A stretch of DNA of 64,000 nucleotides. Source: Leptonemataceae bacterium. GTDB lineage: Bacteria > Spirochaetota > Leptospiria > Leptospirales > Leptonemataceae. How positions within the stretch are numbered: position 1 is the stretch's first letter; each line of letters opens with the position of its first letter. The stretch covers positions 2,432,001 to 2,496,000 of the forward strand of contig OZ245742.1 in assembly GCA_965227295.1 (NCBI GenBank), in the 5' to 3' direction. Under the pieces are notes generated by a model. That model ran no database searches. It worked only from the letters and a program-made list of their open reading frames with translations, and was not told the origin of the DNA. The position numbers and the translations under genes are program-made. Shown here piece by piece: positions 20,649 through 31,077 of the stretch.

Positions 20649-21860
20649 ATGTCCATCGGTAAAATCGGCATTCTCACGTCCGGCGGCGACTGCGGCGGAT
20701 TGAACGGCGTCGTCAAAGGCGCCGCCGCGACGGCGCTGCATCACGGCATCGAACCGTATCTCATCCCCAACGGCTACGCGGGCCTCTACAATCTTACCGA
20801 CTTCGACAAACTCACGTTGCTCGACCGCGCACGCCTGGAACGCTTTCACATTTACGAGGCGGGCAGCGAGGCCGGGAACTCCCGCGTGAAGGTCGCCAAA
20901 ATCAAAGACGAAACCAAGTACGAACGCATCACCGTCGGCCTGAAGAAACACGGCCTGGACGCCGTTGTCATCGCCGGCGGGGACGATACCGGCAGCGTCG
21001 TCGTGGACCTGGCCGGCCGCGGCATTCCGTGTCTGCACGCGCCGAAGACCATGGACCTCGACCTCATGACTTACAGCGTCGGCGGCGATTCCACGATCAA
21101 TCGCATTGCGAACTTCGTACGCGATCTCTATACGACGGGCATTACCCATAACCGCATCATCGTGATGGAAGTCTTCGGTCGTTACGCCGGTCACACGGCC
21201 TTTCGCGGCGGCATCACGGCCGAGGCGGATGCCGTTCTCATTCCGGAAATCAAAGTGGACTTCGACGTGCTGTACCAACACGTGAAAGACGCTTTCGTGC
21301 GTCGGGTGGAGTCTTCGGATCATAACGCCGGTTGTGCCATGGTTGTGGTCGCCGAGGGTTTGCGGGACGCGTCCGGCAAAGAGCTCGTGGATGAAAGCGC
21401 GCCGGCCGACGCCTTCGGTCACAAGCCGTTGATGGGCGCGGGCAAGTATGTCGTTAAGGAACTCGAAAAACGCATTAAGGCCGATGCGAGCATCAAAGAG
21501 TTTATGCAACGCACGGGACAGTTCGTCGAAGGCGTCTACGAGATCCCCGAGATTCGAGAGATTCGTCCTTCGCACCTGGTGCGTTGCGGTTCTACGTCGG
21601 CAGTGGATGCGAACTTCGGCGTACAGGTCGGCGCCGGTGCCGTGGAACTGGCGCGCAACAAGGTCTTCGGCGTTACGGTCGTCGGATATCGCGAAGGTGT
21701 GGTGCAGTACATGGACTGCGCCGAGGCCATTGAGCAGCGTTTCGTTGACGAAGCGGAGATCGCAATGTACGAGGCCATGGGCACCTGCTTCGGCCGTAAG
21801 ATCCAGGCACCGAATGCTAAGCTGGAAAAATTTTCGGGGCGACCGATTCGGCCGCATTGA
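20649..21860 (+). CDS. pfp: 6-phosphofructokinase family, likely pyrophosphate-dependent
   Basis: TSGGDCGGLN, GGDDT and PKTMDLD (Asp and Lys signature of PPi-type), EVFGR. Confidence 0.88.
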   Translation: MSIGKIGILTSGGDCGGLNGVVKGAAATALHHGIEPYLIPNGYAGLYNLTDFDKLTLLDRARLERFHIYEAGSEAGNSRVKVAKIKDETKYERITVGLKKHGLDAVVIAGGDDTGSVVVDLAGRGIPCLHAPKTMDLDLMTYSVGGDSTINRIANFVRDLYTTGITHNRIIVMEVFGRYAGHTAFRGGITAEADAVLIPEIKVDFDVLYQHVKDAFVRRVESSDHNAGCAMVVVAEGLRDASGKELVDESAPADAFGHKPLMGAGKYVVKELEKRIKADASIKEFMQRTGQFVEGVYEIPEIREIRPSHLVRCGSTSAVDANFGVQVGAGAVELARNKVFGVTVVGYREGVVQYMDCAEAIEQRFVDEAEIAMYEAMGTCFGRKIQAPNAKLEKFSGRPIRPH

Positions 21861-21883
21861 GGGAGCCCTGTAAAGAAGAATTT

Positions 21884-22035
21884 ACAGGGAGGATGGGAGG
21901 TCGTGAGGGAAGAGAGGTTATTCGGGGGCCGCTATTGTGATCGGTGAAAGGACGGACGTTGGTCGGCAAGCGCGCATTCGGCCACCAACCTGATTCATAA
22001 AATCTCTCGTCCTCTCTACCTCTCATCCTCCCTGT
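21884..22035. repeat. inverted-repeat element between convergent genes
   Basis: perfect 12-bp IR ACAGGGAGGATG / CATCCTCCCTGT extending imperfectly to about 35 bp; internal hairpin GTTGGT...ACCAAC. Confidence 0.7.
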
Positions 22036-22658
22036 TGGTTGAGCTTTAAAAGAGCCGTCAACTCGCCGAGCATCATGGCGCTGGCTCCCCAAATTTTATC
22101 TTGCTGAAACTTAAAGAACGGTACCTTTGTGCGGCCGCGGGGCATCTCCCGATGTTCGTAGGCGCGGTTCGTTGCATCCAGAAAGATGTCCACCGGGATC
22201 TCCAGAATCTCATCCACCTCGCGCGGATCCGGCACGAAATCCGGGCGGCGATCACTCCAACCGACATACGAAGAAACCAGGTAACCGCTCGGCGGGACAT
22301 AGAGTTGCGTAAGTTCGCCCAGGACTTCTACATCCGCCGGCCGGATCCCCAGCTCCTCCTCGCTCTCGCGCAGTGCCGTTTCGCGAAGATCGCTGTCGTG
22401 TTCCTCGTAGGCGCCGCCGGGGAAACTGATCTGTCGCGAATGCGGCCCGGTGTTGTCCGGTCTGCGCATCATGGGGATGTGCACGGTCTCGTCGTCCGGA
22501 TGCGGATAGAACAGGATCAGCACGGCGGCGAGCTTCGCGTCTTCCGGCGATGACAGGCCGATTTCCGGACCCGGTCGATGGTCCGGCGCCATGGTGTATT
22601 GGGCCGCAGCGCCCGGAAGCGGGCTGGACAGCGCGCGCCGTAGTTGCTCACGGATCAT
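22023..22658 (-). CDS. Nudix CoA pyrophosphatase (NudL/PCD1-like)
   Basis: AAVLILF, HSRQISFPGG, ALRESEEELG Nudix box, IWGASA. Confidence 0.93.
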   Translation of the reverse strand: MIREQLRRALSSPLPGAAAQYTMAPDHRPGPEIGLSSPEDAKLAAVLILFYPHPDDETVHIPMMRRPDNTGPHSRQISFPGGAYEEHDSDLRETALRESEEELGIRPADVEVLGELTQLYVPPSGYLVSSYVGWSDRRPDFVPDPREVDEILEIPVDIFLDATNRAYEHREMPRGRTKVPFFKFQQDKIWGASAMMLGELTALLKLNQQGG

Positions 22659-22706
22659 GGTGTCATAAAATTGTTGTAAGATGGTCCGGGCGACTCATTT
22701 GTATGT

Positions 22707-23765
22707 GTGCGCTCAATGTGGATCGGCAACCTGATCGCGGTAATCGTTTTGTCCCTCCCGCCGCCGATGACAGCCGCCGATCCGGTTGGCGGAAGTGAAT
22801 TTCGAACGATGCCCGGCAGCGAGGACACCCAGGGCTATCACCTTGATTTTACGAGTGACGACCGTCGGACCCGCCTTTATGTATCTTTGATTGTTTCGAA
22901 TTTCGGCCCGGGCGAACAGAGCAACGGCGCCTCGGTGATCCTTGCGCGCGCAGGCGAAGAACCACGGATATGGACCGCCGGTTACTCGCATCGCAGCCTT
23001 ATCGCGCAGCCCGGGCGCTTCGGCTTAAAGATCGGCCGGTGTAAGTTAAGCCTGGACGCCCTGGGTCGCGTGCACGTGAAGCTCTGGCTGCCCGATCCGG
23101 ACATCACGATCCGTCTGCGCCTTGAGCCGCAGGTCAATCCCGTCCGCCTGACCGACGGGCCCGTGCGAGTCTCCCGGACGGATAACGCCTACTTTGAGGC
23201 CACGCTGCCGGTTCCCTTCGGCCGCGCCGCCGGAACGATCCACATCGCCGGAGAAACAGAGCACAGCATTGCCGGCACGGCCGGCCTTGCCTATCTCTTC
23301 GCCGATCATCCCATGTATCCGTACGCCCGACGCTTGCATGTGTTGCGGGCGAGGGAGCCCGACGGCGGGCGCGGTGTCTACCTGGCGGTTTTCGAGGGAA
23401 GCGACGAAGCCCGCCTGGCGCTGTTCGGTGCCGCGGTGTGGACCGAGAAGGGGGGGGTGGTCCGGCGCGGCCGTGTGCGCGGCATGCGTGCGACGTACGA
23501 GCGCGACGAGCGAGGGCTGCCGTTGCGGGTGGAGTACGATCTGGCCGTCGACGGCACATCCTGCGTGCTGGCGCTGGAACGCTCGTCTGCGGTGGCGCGT
23601 TTCTTAATTCTCGAGCACGTTCCGTGGTTGGTGGGATTGCTTCTGCGCTGGACCGGTGCGGAGCCGTCGGTGCTGCACGCGGCCGGCAGGCTGGGTGGAT
23701 GTTCGGAGGCGGCGTCCGGGTTCATGGATGCCAGTTGGACGTATTACGTGATTCGGGACGGCTGA
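22707..23765 (+). CDS. exported hypothetical beta-rich protein
   Basis: signal-peptide-like N-terminus; alternating beta-strand pattern; family not recognised. Confidence 0.6.
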   Translation: MRSMWIGNLIAVIVLSLPPPMTAADPVGGSEFRTMPGSEDTQGYHLDFTSDDRRTRLYVSLIVSNFGPGEQSNGASVILARAGEEPRIWTAGYSHRSLIAQPGRFGLKIGRCKLSLDALGRVHVKLWLPDPDITIRLRLEPQVNPVRLTDGPVRVSRTDNAYFEATLPVPFGRAAGTIHIAGETEHSIAGTAGLAYLFADHPMYPYARRLHVLRAREPDGGRGVYLAVFEGSDEARLALFGAAVWTEKGGVVRRGRVRGMRATYERDERGLPLRVEYDLAVDGTSCVLALERSSAVARFLILEHVPWLVGLLLRWTGAEPSVLHAAGRLGGCSEAASGFMDASWTYYVIRDG

Positions 23766-23861
23766 GGCCGGGGAGAGGGATGAAAAAGCAACAGATCGAT
23801 CCTGGAAGAAGGCCGGTCGTCAAGTTAGAGACAACCGGCCTATCAACGGTCTCGAATCCGC

Positions 23862-24206
23862 TTATTGCGCAGGAACTCCGCGAACGATGGTGCACATTCT
23901 GCTGTAAAGCCCAAGAATGTTGAACATAGACCGGTCAACCGTCCGAATCTCGGCGATGCGATACTCGCGAGCGATCTCCGGAACTGTGTCACCGCCGAAA
24001 ACGGCAAATACATAGATCCTCTGGATGCAGGATTCTCCCGTAACGAGTCTTTCCTCTGAGTTCAACGTGCCGCCGTAAGTGCCAATCTTTGTTTGTGTAA
24101 AGATTCCGCCACCGGGGCCGGTACCGTGAATGGCACCGATATTGATGCAGGCTCCCGAGCCTACGACGAGAGAAAGAACAACTGCTAATTGTAAAATACG
24201 TTTCAT
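23862..24206 (-). CDS. TRL-like family lipoprotein (paralogue 3)
   Basis: lipobox-like Cys; GESC...FGG..., NILGLYSRMCTIVRG. Confidence 0.8.
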   Translation of the reverse strand: MKRILQLAVVLSLVVGSGACINIGAIHGTGPGGGIFTQTKIGTYGGTLNSEERLVTGESCIQRIYVFAVFGGDTVPEIAREYRIAEIRTVDRSMFNILGLYSRMCTIVRGVPAQ

Positions 24207-24225
24207 TGATCAACCTCCCTTCGGC

Positions 24226-24561
24226 TCAATTGCCGGTAATTACAGTACACCAGTCTTGCATAAAGGTCGAAAACGACAGCTTATGGCTGACCGATGTGAT
24301 GTTCTGAATGCCACTTTTTCTTGCGGCGGCTTCAATGGATGCGTCCCCGAAGCCGAACGTCAGGCCCAGTAGCGGAATGCCGTATGCGGTGGCACACGCT
24401 TCACCCTCTCTGTCCGTGGGCGCTACAGCACCATTTGCTGAGACTCCGGCCGCAGAATAGTTCACGAAATATGTCGCGCCTGGATGACCTTGTTGTACTA
24501 CGTAGCACTGCGGCAGAAGTAACAAGGCGCCCAAGGAGCACGCTGTTATGAGTTTTTTCAT
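24226..24561 (-). CDS. TRL-like family lipoprotein (paralogue 2)
   Basis: GEACA...GFGDASIEAAARKSGIQNI...WCTVITG. Confidence 0.82.
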   Translation of the reverse strand: MKKLITACSLGALLLLPQCYVVQQGHPGATYFVNYSAAGVSANGAVAPTDREGEACATAYGIPLLGLTFGFGDASIEAAARKSGIQNITSVSHKLSFSTFMQDWCTVITGN

Positions 24562-24583
24562 AGCGATAACCTCCTTACTTTAG

Positions 24584-24898
24584 TTACTGGCCCGCCACTA
24601 CGGTGCACAGTTCGCTGTACAAACCCAGAACGCTGAAGCCTTCAAGGTTAATCGTATAAACCTCCGTGATGCCCGCGTTGCCGGCCGCACTGTCTACGCT
24701 GCCGTCGCCCGTGGCAACCCAGCCGAGAATACTGGTAACGCAGGATTGGCCCACCTTTTGTCCGCCGGTCTGTTTTCCGTACATGCCAATCTTGGTGCTG
24801 GTAAAAATCGAGCCACCGGGGCCATATCCGGTGCTGGCGCAACTGATACCGAGAGCGAGAGCCGCAGCCGCAACAGTAATCATTAATTTGTTAAACAT
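24584..24898 (-). CDS. TRL-like family lipoprotein (paralogue 1)
   Basis: GQSCVTSILGWVATGDGSVDSAAGNAGITEV...SVLGLYSELCTVVAG. Confidence 0.88.
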   Translation of the reverse strand: MFNKLMITVAAAALALGISCASTGYGPGGSIFTSTKIGMYGKQTGGQKVGQSCVTSILGWVATGDGSVDSAAGNAGITEVYTINLEGFSVLGLYSELCTVVAGQ

Positions 24899-25059
24899 GT
24901 TCTTTGATCCTCCAAAATATAGCTTTGATCAAGAAGTTAAGATTGGTCACCTCAGGGATACCTCATGGTAACTGTCAACCAAACAAAGTCGAATAAAAGT
25001 TTGAAGTGCTAAAGCCGGGTGCCGGGTAGACAGAATTCTAAACAAAGTTGAGTAATTTC

Positions 25060-26109
25060 CTAAGCCACCGTAATCCCGCTCTCCAGATAAACATCCTGGA
25101 TTGCGTTCAGCAGCTTCACGCCTTCGTCCATGGGCCGTTGAAACGCCTTGCGTCCCGAAATCAAACCCATGCCGCCGGCCCGTTTGTTGATTACGGCCGT
25201 ACGTACCGCTTCGGCGAAGTCGTTATCGCCCGAAGCACCACCGGAATTGATGAGGCCCGCGCGTCCCATGTAGCAGTTCGCCACCTGGTAACGACAGAGA
25301 TCGATGGGATGATCCGACGCGAGATCGGAGTACATCTTCGGGTGCGACTTCGCGAATTTGATCGCCGTAAAGCCGCCGTTGTTTTCCGGAAGTTTTTGTT
25401 TGATGATGTCCGCTTCGATGGTGACGCCCAGGTGGTTCGCCTGGGCCGTAAGGTCCGCGGCGACGTGATAGTCTTTATCCTGCTTGAACGCGGAGTTGCG
25501 CGTGTAACACCAGAGGACCGTGGCCATGCCGAGTTGATGCGCGCGATAGAACGCCTCCGCAACTTCGACGATCTGGCGGTTGGACTCCTCCGAACCGAAG
25601 TAGATCGTCGCACCCACCGCGCTCGCGCCCATGTCCCAGGCCTGTTCCACCTGACCGAACATGATCTGATCGTACTTGTTCGGATAGGTCATGAGTTCGT
25701 TGTGGTTCAGCTTAACGAGAAAGGGAATGCGGTGCGCGTAGCGGCGACCCACGGCACCCAGCACGCCGAACGTCGAGGCCACGGCGTTGCATCCGCCCTC
25801 GATGGCCAGCTTCACGATGTTCTCGGGATCGAAGTACAGGGGATTCGGCGCGAACGAGGCGCCGGCCGTGTGCTCAATGCCCTGGTCCACGGGTAGAATC
25901 GAAACGTAACCGGTGCCGCCGAGACGACCGGTACTGAAGAGTTGCTCGATGGAGCGCAATACCTGCGGCGGCCGATCCGTGGGGCCGAAGATGCGATCCG
26001 TGAAGTCCGGCCCGGGTAGATGCAGGAGGTCCTTCGAAATTTTCGGGGTGTGGTTCAGCAGGCTGTCGGCGTCCGAACCCAGGTATTCTACGATTTTATC
26101 TTTACTCAT
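25060..26109 (-). CDS. fbaB: class I fructose-bisphosphate aldolase (DhnA/FbaB type)
   Basis: [25 protein letters not shown] Schiff-base Lys, [10 protein letters not shown]. Confidence 0.96.
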   Translation of the reverse strand: MSKDKIVEYLGSDADSLLNHTPKISKDLLHLPGPDFTDRIFGPTDRPPQVLRSIEQLFSTGRLGGTGYVSILPVDQGIEHTAGASFAPNPLYFDPENIVKLAIEGGCNAVASTFGVLGAVGRRYAHRIPFLVKLNHNELMTYPNKYDQIMFGQVEQAWDMGASAVGATIYFGSEESNRQIVEVAEAFYRAHQLGMATVLWCYTRNSAFKQDKDYHVAADLTAQANHLGVTIEADIIKQKLPENNGGFTAIKFAKSHPKMYSDLASDHPIDLCRYQVANCYMGRAGLINSGGASGDNDFAEAVRTAVINKRAGGMGLISGRKAFQRPMDEGVKLLNAIQDVYLESGITVA

Positions 26110-26139
26110 GTTGTTTCTCTAGAAGTTAGTGGTGTGCTC

Positions 26140-26808
26140 TTAGTTGGCGGCGTCTTCTTTCAGTCGTGTGATGAGGGCTTCCGCCGTCAGCCCCTCGTTG
26201 TATTCTTTGGCGTAGATTTCCAGTTCCACCACGGAGCCGGCGCTTTCGCTGAGATCGGCCTCCGCGGCCGAGAACAGCTCCCGGCGCAGCACTACGAAGG
26301 ACTCGTCGCTTTCGTAGAGCTTGAGCGCGCGGGTGAACGTGCCGGCGGGGGTGCTGCTTTCGGCGGGAACCGACTCCCACGCGGGTTCGCCGCCGGTGTA
26401 AGCCGATAGCACGTTGCCCGAAAAGGTCATGGCCTCGCCCTTGTTGCCCCGCCGCACGATGCGGACGATGCTCAGGGAATCCCCCTGGCCGTAGAGCAGC
26501 ACTTCCAGAGGGGCCGGAGAACCGGGGAGGTCCACCGCGTTGGCGCGGGACGCCTCGGATTCTTCCGAAACGGCCGACGGAACCAGGCGCAGGACTCCGG
26601 AGGAGTCGGAAGTGCCGGGGGCCGCGCGCTCTTCCCAGCCGGAACGCTGTAGCTTTGCAGACGTGGCCGAAGGCGAGGCCCCCCACTGAAAGTCGCCGAG
26701 GGCGGCCGGCGGTTGGTTGAGATCCACTGTGGGTTTCGCGCCCCCGCAGTAAGAGGCGCCCAGCGCCAGAGTTGTGAAGAGTGCAGGAACGACGATGTTG
26801 CGAATCAT
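26140..26808 (-). CDS. hypothetical lipoprotein
   Basis: signal peptide ending LGASYC; GGGGGCG upstream. Confidence 0.7.
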   Translation of the reverse strand: MIRNIVVPALFTTLALGASYCGGAKPTVDLNQPPAALGDFQWGASPSATSAKLQRSGWEERAAPGTSDSSGVLRLVPSAVSEESEASRANAVDLPGSPAPLEVLLYGQGDSLSIVRIVRRGNKGEAMTFSGNVLSAYTGGEPAWESVPAESSTPAGTFTRALKLYESDESFVVLRRELFSAAEADLSESAGSVVELEIYAKEYNEGLTAEALITRLKEDAAN

Positions 26809-26986
26809 GCATTCCGATTTCGCCCCCCGTACTCACATCACAAGCATATTTTTACAGCCTGTTCACATGCGAAATCACCGGAAAACGATTGCCACCATAG
26901 GCCGCCTATGGGACATAATCTAAGATTATCCAATTCTTGACCTAAGCAATTATTTACTATTATTTGTTAAGTGGTCGGCGGGCATC

Positions 26987-28504
26987 ATGAAGTACGACAA
27001 GATTCGCGGAAAGAGCGTAGCCGAATGTATGATGAAGCTGCGCAGCGCCTACGGCTCCCAGGCGGTCATTCTCTCCACGCGCGAAGTGAAAGAAGGCGGC
27101 CTTTTAGGTTCGGGCCTGTTTTCCCGCAAGCTCTACGAAATCGATTTTATGCTTCCGGAGGACGGCACATCGTCCTCCTCGCGTTCCCTCATTTCCCCGC
27201 GGGGTCGGGACGCCCGCAACGCCTCGCTGCGGCGCACGCTCCTGGACGCGGTCGACGCCGCCGCCGATCGCAAGCGCGGTTCGGAACAGGAAGCATCCCC
27301 GGAACGTGGTTCCGCGAAAGACGGCGAGGGCCGCGAAAAATCCGGAGACCGCGCCGGCGATTCCCGGCCTGCGCTTGCGGATCAGCCGGCCGGGGAGATT
27401 CCCCCGCTGCCGTCCTCTTTCCCCGCGCCGCCGGCCGCAAAGCCGGAGCCGGAAGTCGCGGCCCTGCCCGCCGGCTTCGAGCCGCCGTCGGCCTCCGAGC
27501 GGGCCGCTCTGGACATGCTGCTCGCGGAAGACGATCCGGAAGATGCGCTGGTCCGCCGGGAAAAGCGGCGTTCTTCGTTTCCCGACACGCCGGCCGCGGA
27601 AGCAGTGCCGCCCTGGCGCGCCGCGCCGGAGGAGGCGCCGCCCCGATCTGCCGCAGCTTCCGAGGGCCGCGATGGCGAACAATTTGCCCGGACCCTCTAC
27701 CGCATCCGGGACCGATTGCTGTCGGCCCAGCTCAGTCGGGAGTTCGCGGACCGTTTCCTCATGCGCGTGGACGATAGTCTCTCGAAAGTAGAAAAAAGCC
27801 GCTATCGGAACGTGGAGAGCCGGTCGCTGGAAGCCCTCTCCGAAATGATCCGCACCGTGCCGGACATCGCTCCGCCGCGGGGCGAATGCCGGGCCGTTAT
27901 GCTGATCGGGCCGACCGGTTCGGGCAAAACCACCAGTCTGGCAAAGCTGGCGGCGAAGTATCATCTCATGGAGAGTCGCGAGGTCAGCATTTACAGCCTG
28001 GATCACTACCGCCTGGCGGCGACGGAGCAACTCAAAACCTACGCTGGCGTAATGGACGTTCCGTTTTTCGCGCCGTTTTCTCCGGCGGAGTTCGCCGAGT
28101 GCATGCGTCGGGACGGCGCGGAACTCATGCTCATCGATACTTCCGGAATCGGTCACCGGGACACGGAGCGGCTGGAGCAGCTCTACGAATACGTGGAGGC
28201 CTGCGAGGTCCGCCTGGAGAAGCACCTGGTGCTCGCGGCGAACACGAACGGAGCGTTGCTGGAAAAAATATTGCTTGCGTATGACCGGATTGGCTTTGAT
28301 AAAATCATACTGACCAAGCTCGATGAGTCAGATTTTGTTGGTGCGTTCATTGAGGTTGCCGATAAATACAACAGGCCGTTCAGCTTTTTGATGAACGGTC
28401 AGGATGTGCCCGGGAGCATCGTCGCGGCATCTTCAATGGAGCTGGCGCGTATGGTCCTGCGAGAAGAGCAGGGCGCGACTTCGGTTGGCACCAACATATC
28501 CTGA
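26987..28504 (+). CDS. flhF: flagellar biosynthesis SRP-like GTPase FlhF
   Basis: N-terminal AVILSTREVKEGG; GPTGSGKTT, DHYR, DTSG, TKLDE, GQDVP. Confidence 0.96.
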   Translation: MKYDKIRGKSVAECMMKLRSAYGSQAVILSTREVKEGGLLGSGLFSRKLYEIDFMLPEDGTSSSSRSLISPRGRDARNASLRRTLLDAVDAAADRKRGSEQEASPERGSAKDGEGREKSGDRAGDSRPALADQPAGEIPPLPSSFPAPPAAKPEPEVAALPAGFEPPSASERAALDMLLAEDDPEDALVRREKRRSSFPDTPAAEAVPPWRAAPEEAPPRSAAASEGRDGEQFARTLYRIRDRLLSAQLSREFADRFLMRVDDSLSKVEKSRYRNVESRSLEALSEMIRTVPDIAPPRGECRAVMLIGPTGSGKTTSLAKLAAKYHLMESREVSIYSLDHYRLAATEQLKTYAGVMDVPFFAPFSPAEFAECMRRDGAELMLIDTSGIGHRDTERLEQLYEYVEACEVRLEKHLVLAANTNGALLEKILLAYDRIGFDKIILTKLDESDFVGAFIEVADKYNRPFSFLMNGQDVPGSIVAASSMELARMVLREEQGATSVGTNIS

Positions 28505-28519
28505 GGAATCTGACATAAA

Positions 28520-29500
28520 ATGGAAATTATGGATCAGGCTGCCAGCCTCAGAAAACTGGCCGGGGACCGAGGCGGCACTGCAGGGACGACCACTCTGGAA
28601 CGAACCGAACAGGAAGCGACCACGACCGCGGAAGAGGGCATCACCGAAACCGCGGTGGGTGTCGAAGAGTCTCCCGTGCAAACCCGGGTCGTGGCCGTCA
28701 CGTCCGGCAAGGGCGGCGTCGGCAAATCCACTCTTTCGGTGAACCTTGCCATTGCCCTCGGCAAACTCGGTCGGCGGGTGCTGCTCTTCGACGGGGACCT
28801 CGGTCTCGCCAACGTCAATGTGATGATGGGCATCATCCCCGAGTTCAACATCTACGAAGTACTCAAAGGCAAGAAGCGCCTGCGGGACATCGTCATCCCC
28901 ACGTCCTACGGCATTGACATCATTGCCGGGGCGAACGGCATCTCCCAACTGGCGAACCTGGACGAGGCCCAGCGCGAACTCTTTCTCGAACAACTCGGTG
29001 AACTTACCGGCTACGACATTATGATGATCGACACCGGCGCCGGTGTGGGCGCGAACGTGCTCGGCCTGGTAACACCGGCCGACGAAATCGTCGTGGTTAC
29101 GACGCCGGAACCTACGGCCATCACGGACGCCTACGGCATGATCAAGAGCATCGTGGCGGCGACAGGGCAGGAAAAACCAATCAAGCTCGTGGTGAACCGG
29201 GCGCCGTCGGCCATTGAGGCCAAGCGCGTCGCCGATCGTCTCATGAGCATTTCAGGGCAGTTCTTGAAGACCGGGGTGCAGAGCCTCGGTTTCGTGTTTG
29301 AAGAGAATCTGGTGCAGAAGAGCATTCGTTCCCAGCGGCCGCACGTCGTGCTGTATCCTGGCTCGAAGAGTTCGGCCTGCATCAATCACATCGGCGCGCG
29401 CCTGGTGAACGCGTCGGTGAAAGAGGATTCCCAGGGGATCCTGGGCTTTTTTCAGCAGTTCCTCGGACTCGTTTCGTCTAAGAGCACGGGGGACCTGTAA
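28520..29500 (+). CDS. flhG: MinD-like flagellar number regulator FlhG/FleN
   Basis: MDQAASLR, SGKGGVGKS, DGDLGLANV, TTPEPTAITDAY. Confidence 0.95.
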   Translation: MEIMDQAASLRKLAGDRGGTAGTTTLERTEQEATTTAEEGITETAVGVEESPVQTRVVAVTSGKGGVGKSTLSVNLAIALGKLGRRVLLFDGDLGLANVNVMMGIIPEFNIYEVLKGKKRLRDIVIPTSYGIDIIAGANGISQLANLDEAQRELFLEQLGELTGYDIMMIDTGAGVGANVLGLVTPADEIVVVTTPEPTAITDAYGMIKSIVAATGQEKPIKLVVNRAPSAIEAKRVADRLMSISGQFLKTGVQSLGFVFEENLVQKSIRSQRPHVVLYPGSKSSACINHIGARLVNASVKEDSQGILGFFQQFLGLVSSKSTGDL

Positions 29501-29540
29501 GCGGCTTTGAGCTGCGTGATTATGAAGCAGCGGAAGTGAA

Positions 29541-29972
29541 TTGGACCTTTTGATGAAATTCATCGCGGCGTTTGCGGCGCTCGGTTTGATTCTCTCCGTA
29601 ACGTTCGGTTTTGTCGGCGGAAACCGCATCTTTCCGTTGATTATGACGGCGCTGGTTTGCACCGCGTTGTCCGGGGGCCTGGGCGCCGGTACCTATAAGG
29701 TACTGGAACAACGGGTGCCTGAATTTTTCGATCTCTTTCGCGGGCCGCAGAGCCTGGAAGGAGAGATGAGCGACATCGAACTCGGCGACGAGGGCGACTA
29801 CGGCGACGACGAGATGTCCGTCGACCGGAGTGACGACGAAGACGACGGCGGAGTAGAATCCGACTCGAAACAATTTGGTGATCATATCATCGTAGACAAA
29901 ATTAAGATCAAGAACGAGCCGAAGCTGATCGCCGAAGCGATCCGCACCATGCTTGCGAAAGACGATAAGTAG
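29541..29972 (+). CDS. hypothetical 2-TM protein with acidic linker in flhF-flhG-fliA operon
   Basis: two hydrophobic helices; C-terminal EPKLIAEAIRTML; operon context. Confidence 0.8.
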   Translation: MDLLMKFIAAFAALGLILSVTFGFVGGNRIFPLIMTALVCTALSGGLGAGTYKVLEQRVPEFFDLFRGPQSLEGEMSDIELGDEGDYGDDEMSVDRSDDEDDGGVESDSKQFGDHIIVDKIKIKNEPKLIAEAIRTMLAKDDK

Positions 29973-30011
29973 AAACGACGAGTAACAGCAGCAAACGCCT
30001 CCGGCGGAACG

Positions 30012-30809
30012 ATGGGCAAAATCTGGGACAAATACAAAGACCACGAAGAGATCGAACTCTGGCGTGAATATCGCCGGACGAAGAATCGCGAGATTCGCGA
30101 CTTTCTCGTCGAGAAGTACTCCCCCCTGGTAAAGTACGTGGCCGGCAAGGTGGCCATCGGCATGCCGCAGAACGTGGAGTTCGACGACCTCGTCAGCTAC
30201 GGTTCCTTCGGATTGTTGGACGCCATTGAGAAGTTCGATCCGGACCGCGACATTAAGTTCAAAACGTACGCCATGACCCGCATCCGCGGCGCCATCTTCG
30301 ACGAGCTGCGCAGCATCGACTGGATTCCGCGTTCCATTCGCCAGAAGGCGAAGCAGGTCGAGGAAACCATCGCCACGCTGGAAAACAAACTCGGCCACAC
30401 CGTGGACGACGAAGACATCGCGAAAGAAATGAATCTTTCGTTAGATGAGCTGCATTCATTGTTAACGAAAATCAGCGGGACCTCCATGATCTCGCTGAAC
30501 GACATCTGGTACCTCGGCGACGACAACGACGAGGTCTCGTTCATGGAGACTCTGGAGTCGCCTCAGAACCTAAACCCCGACACGCTCATCGAAAAAGAAG
30601 AGATCAAGGCAGTCATCGTTGAGGCCATCAAACACCTGCCGGACAAAGAGAAAAAGGTCATCGTGCTGTATTACTACGAAGATCTTACTTTGAAAGAGAT
30701 CGGCGAGGTGCTTGAGGTTACCGAGTCTCGGATCTCGCAACTGCACACGAAAGCCATCATGCGTTTGCGCGGCAAACTCATGCGCATGAAGAACGCGCTG
30801 AAGAAGTAG
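30012..30809 (+). CDS. fliA: RNA polymerase sigma-28 factor FliA/WhiG
   Basis: [47 protein letters not shown]. Confidence 0.97.
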   Translation: MGKIWDKYKDHEEIELWREYRRTKNREIRDFLVEKYSPLVKYVAGKVAIGMPQNVEFDDLVSYGSFGLLDAIEKFDPDRDIKFKTYAMTRIRGAIFDELRSIDWIPRSIRQKAKQVEETIATLENKLGHTVDDEDIAKEMNLSLDELHSLLTKISGTSMISLNDIWYLGDDNDEVSFMETLESPQNLNPDTLIEKEEIKAVIVEAIKHLPDKEKKVIVLYYYEDLTLKEIGEVLEVTESRISQLHTKAIMRLRGKLMRMKNALKK

Positions 30810-31077
30810 GGCGGTCGGCGTGGTCCTGATACTCCATTCATCCGCCTGATCCGGAGAAGGCCGGTCGTTTGTATCCGCCCGAGATGCCTGGCAAGGAATC
30901 GTTTCGCAGGGACGTGGTCCTTATCTTTGCCCCGGCGGCAAACACACCTCCCGGGCCTGCGCGCTTGTAGGACGACTTTTCCTCAAGTAGTCCTTCAGCC
31001 GACACGTCTTCTTCGTTTTTTCGGCCTTTCTCAATTTTTGGATTGATCCAAATACGGTTCTCCGGGATACTTAACGC

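Noticed and set aside
20610..21857. Long antisense ORFs (also 5945-7105, 47907-49016, 55243-56514 and others)
   Set aside because: Shadow frames opposite well-supported genes, expected from high-GC codon bias; no recognisable motifs
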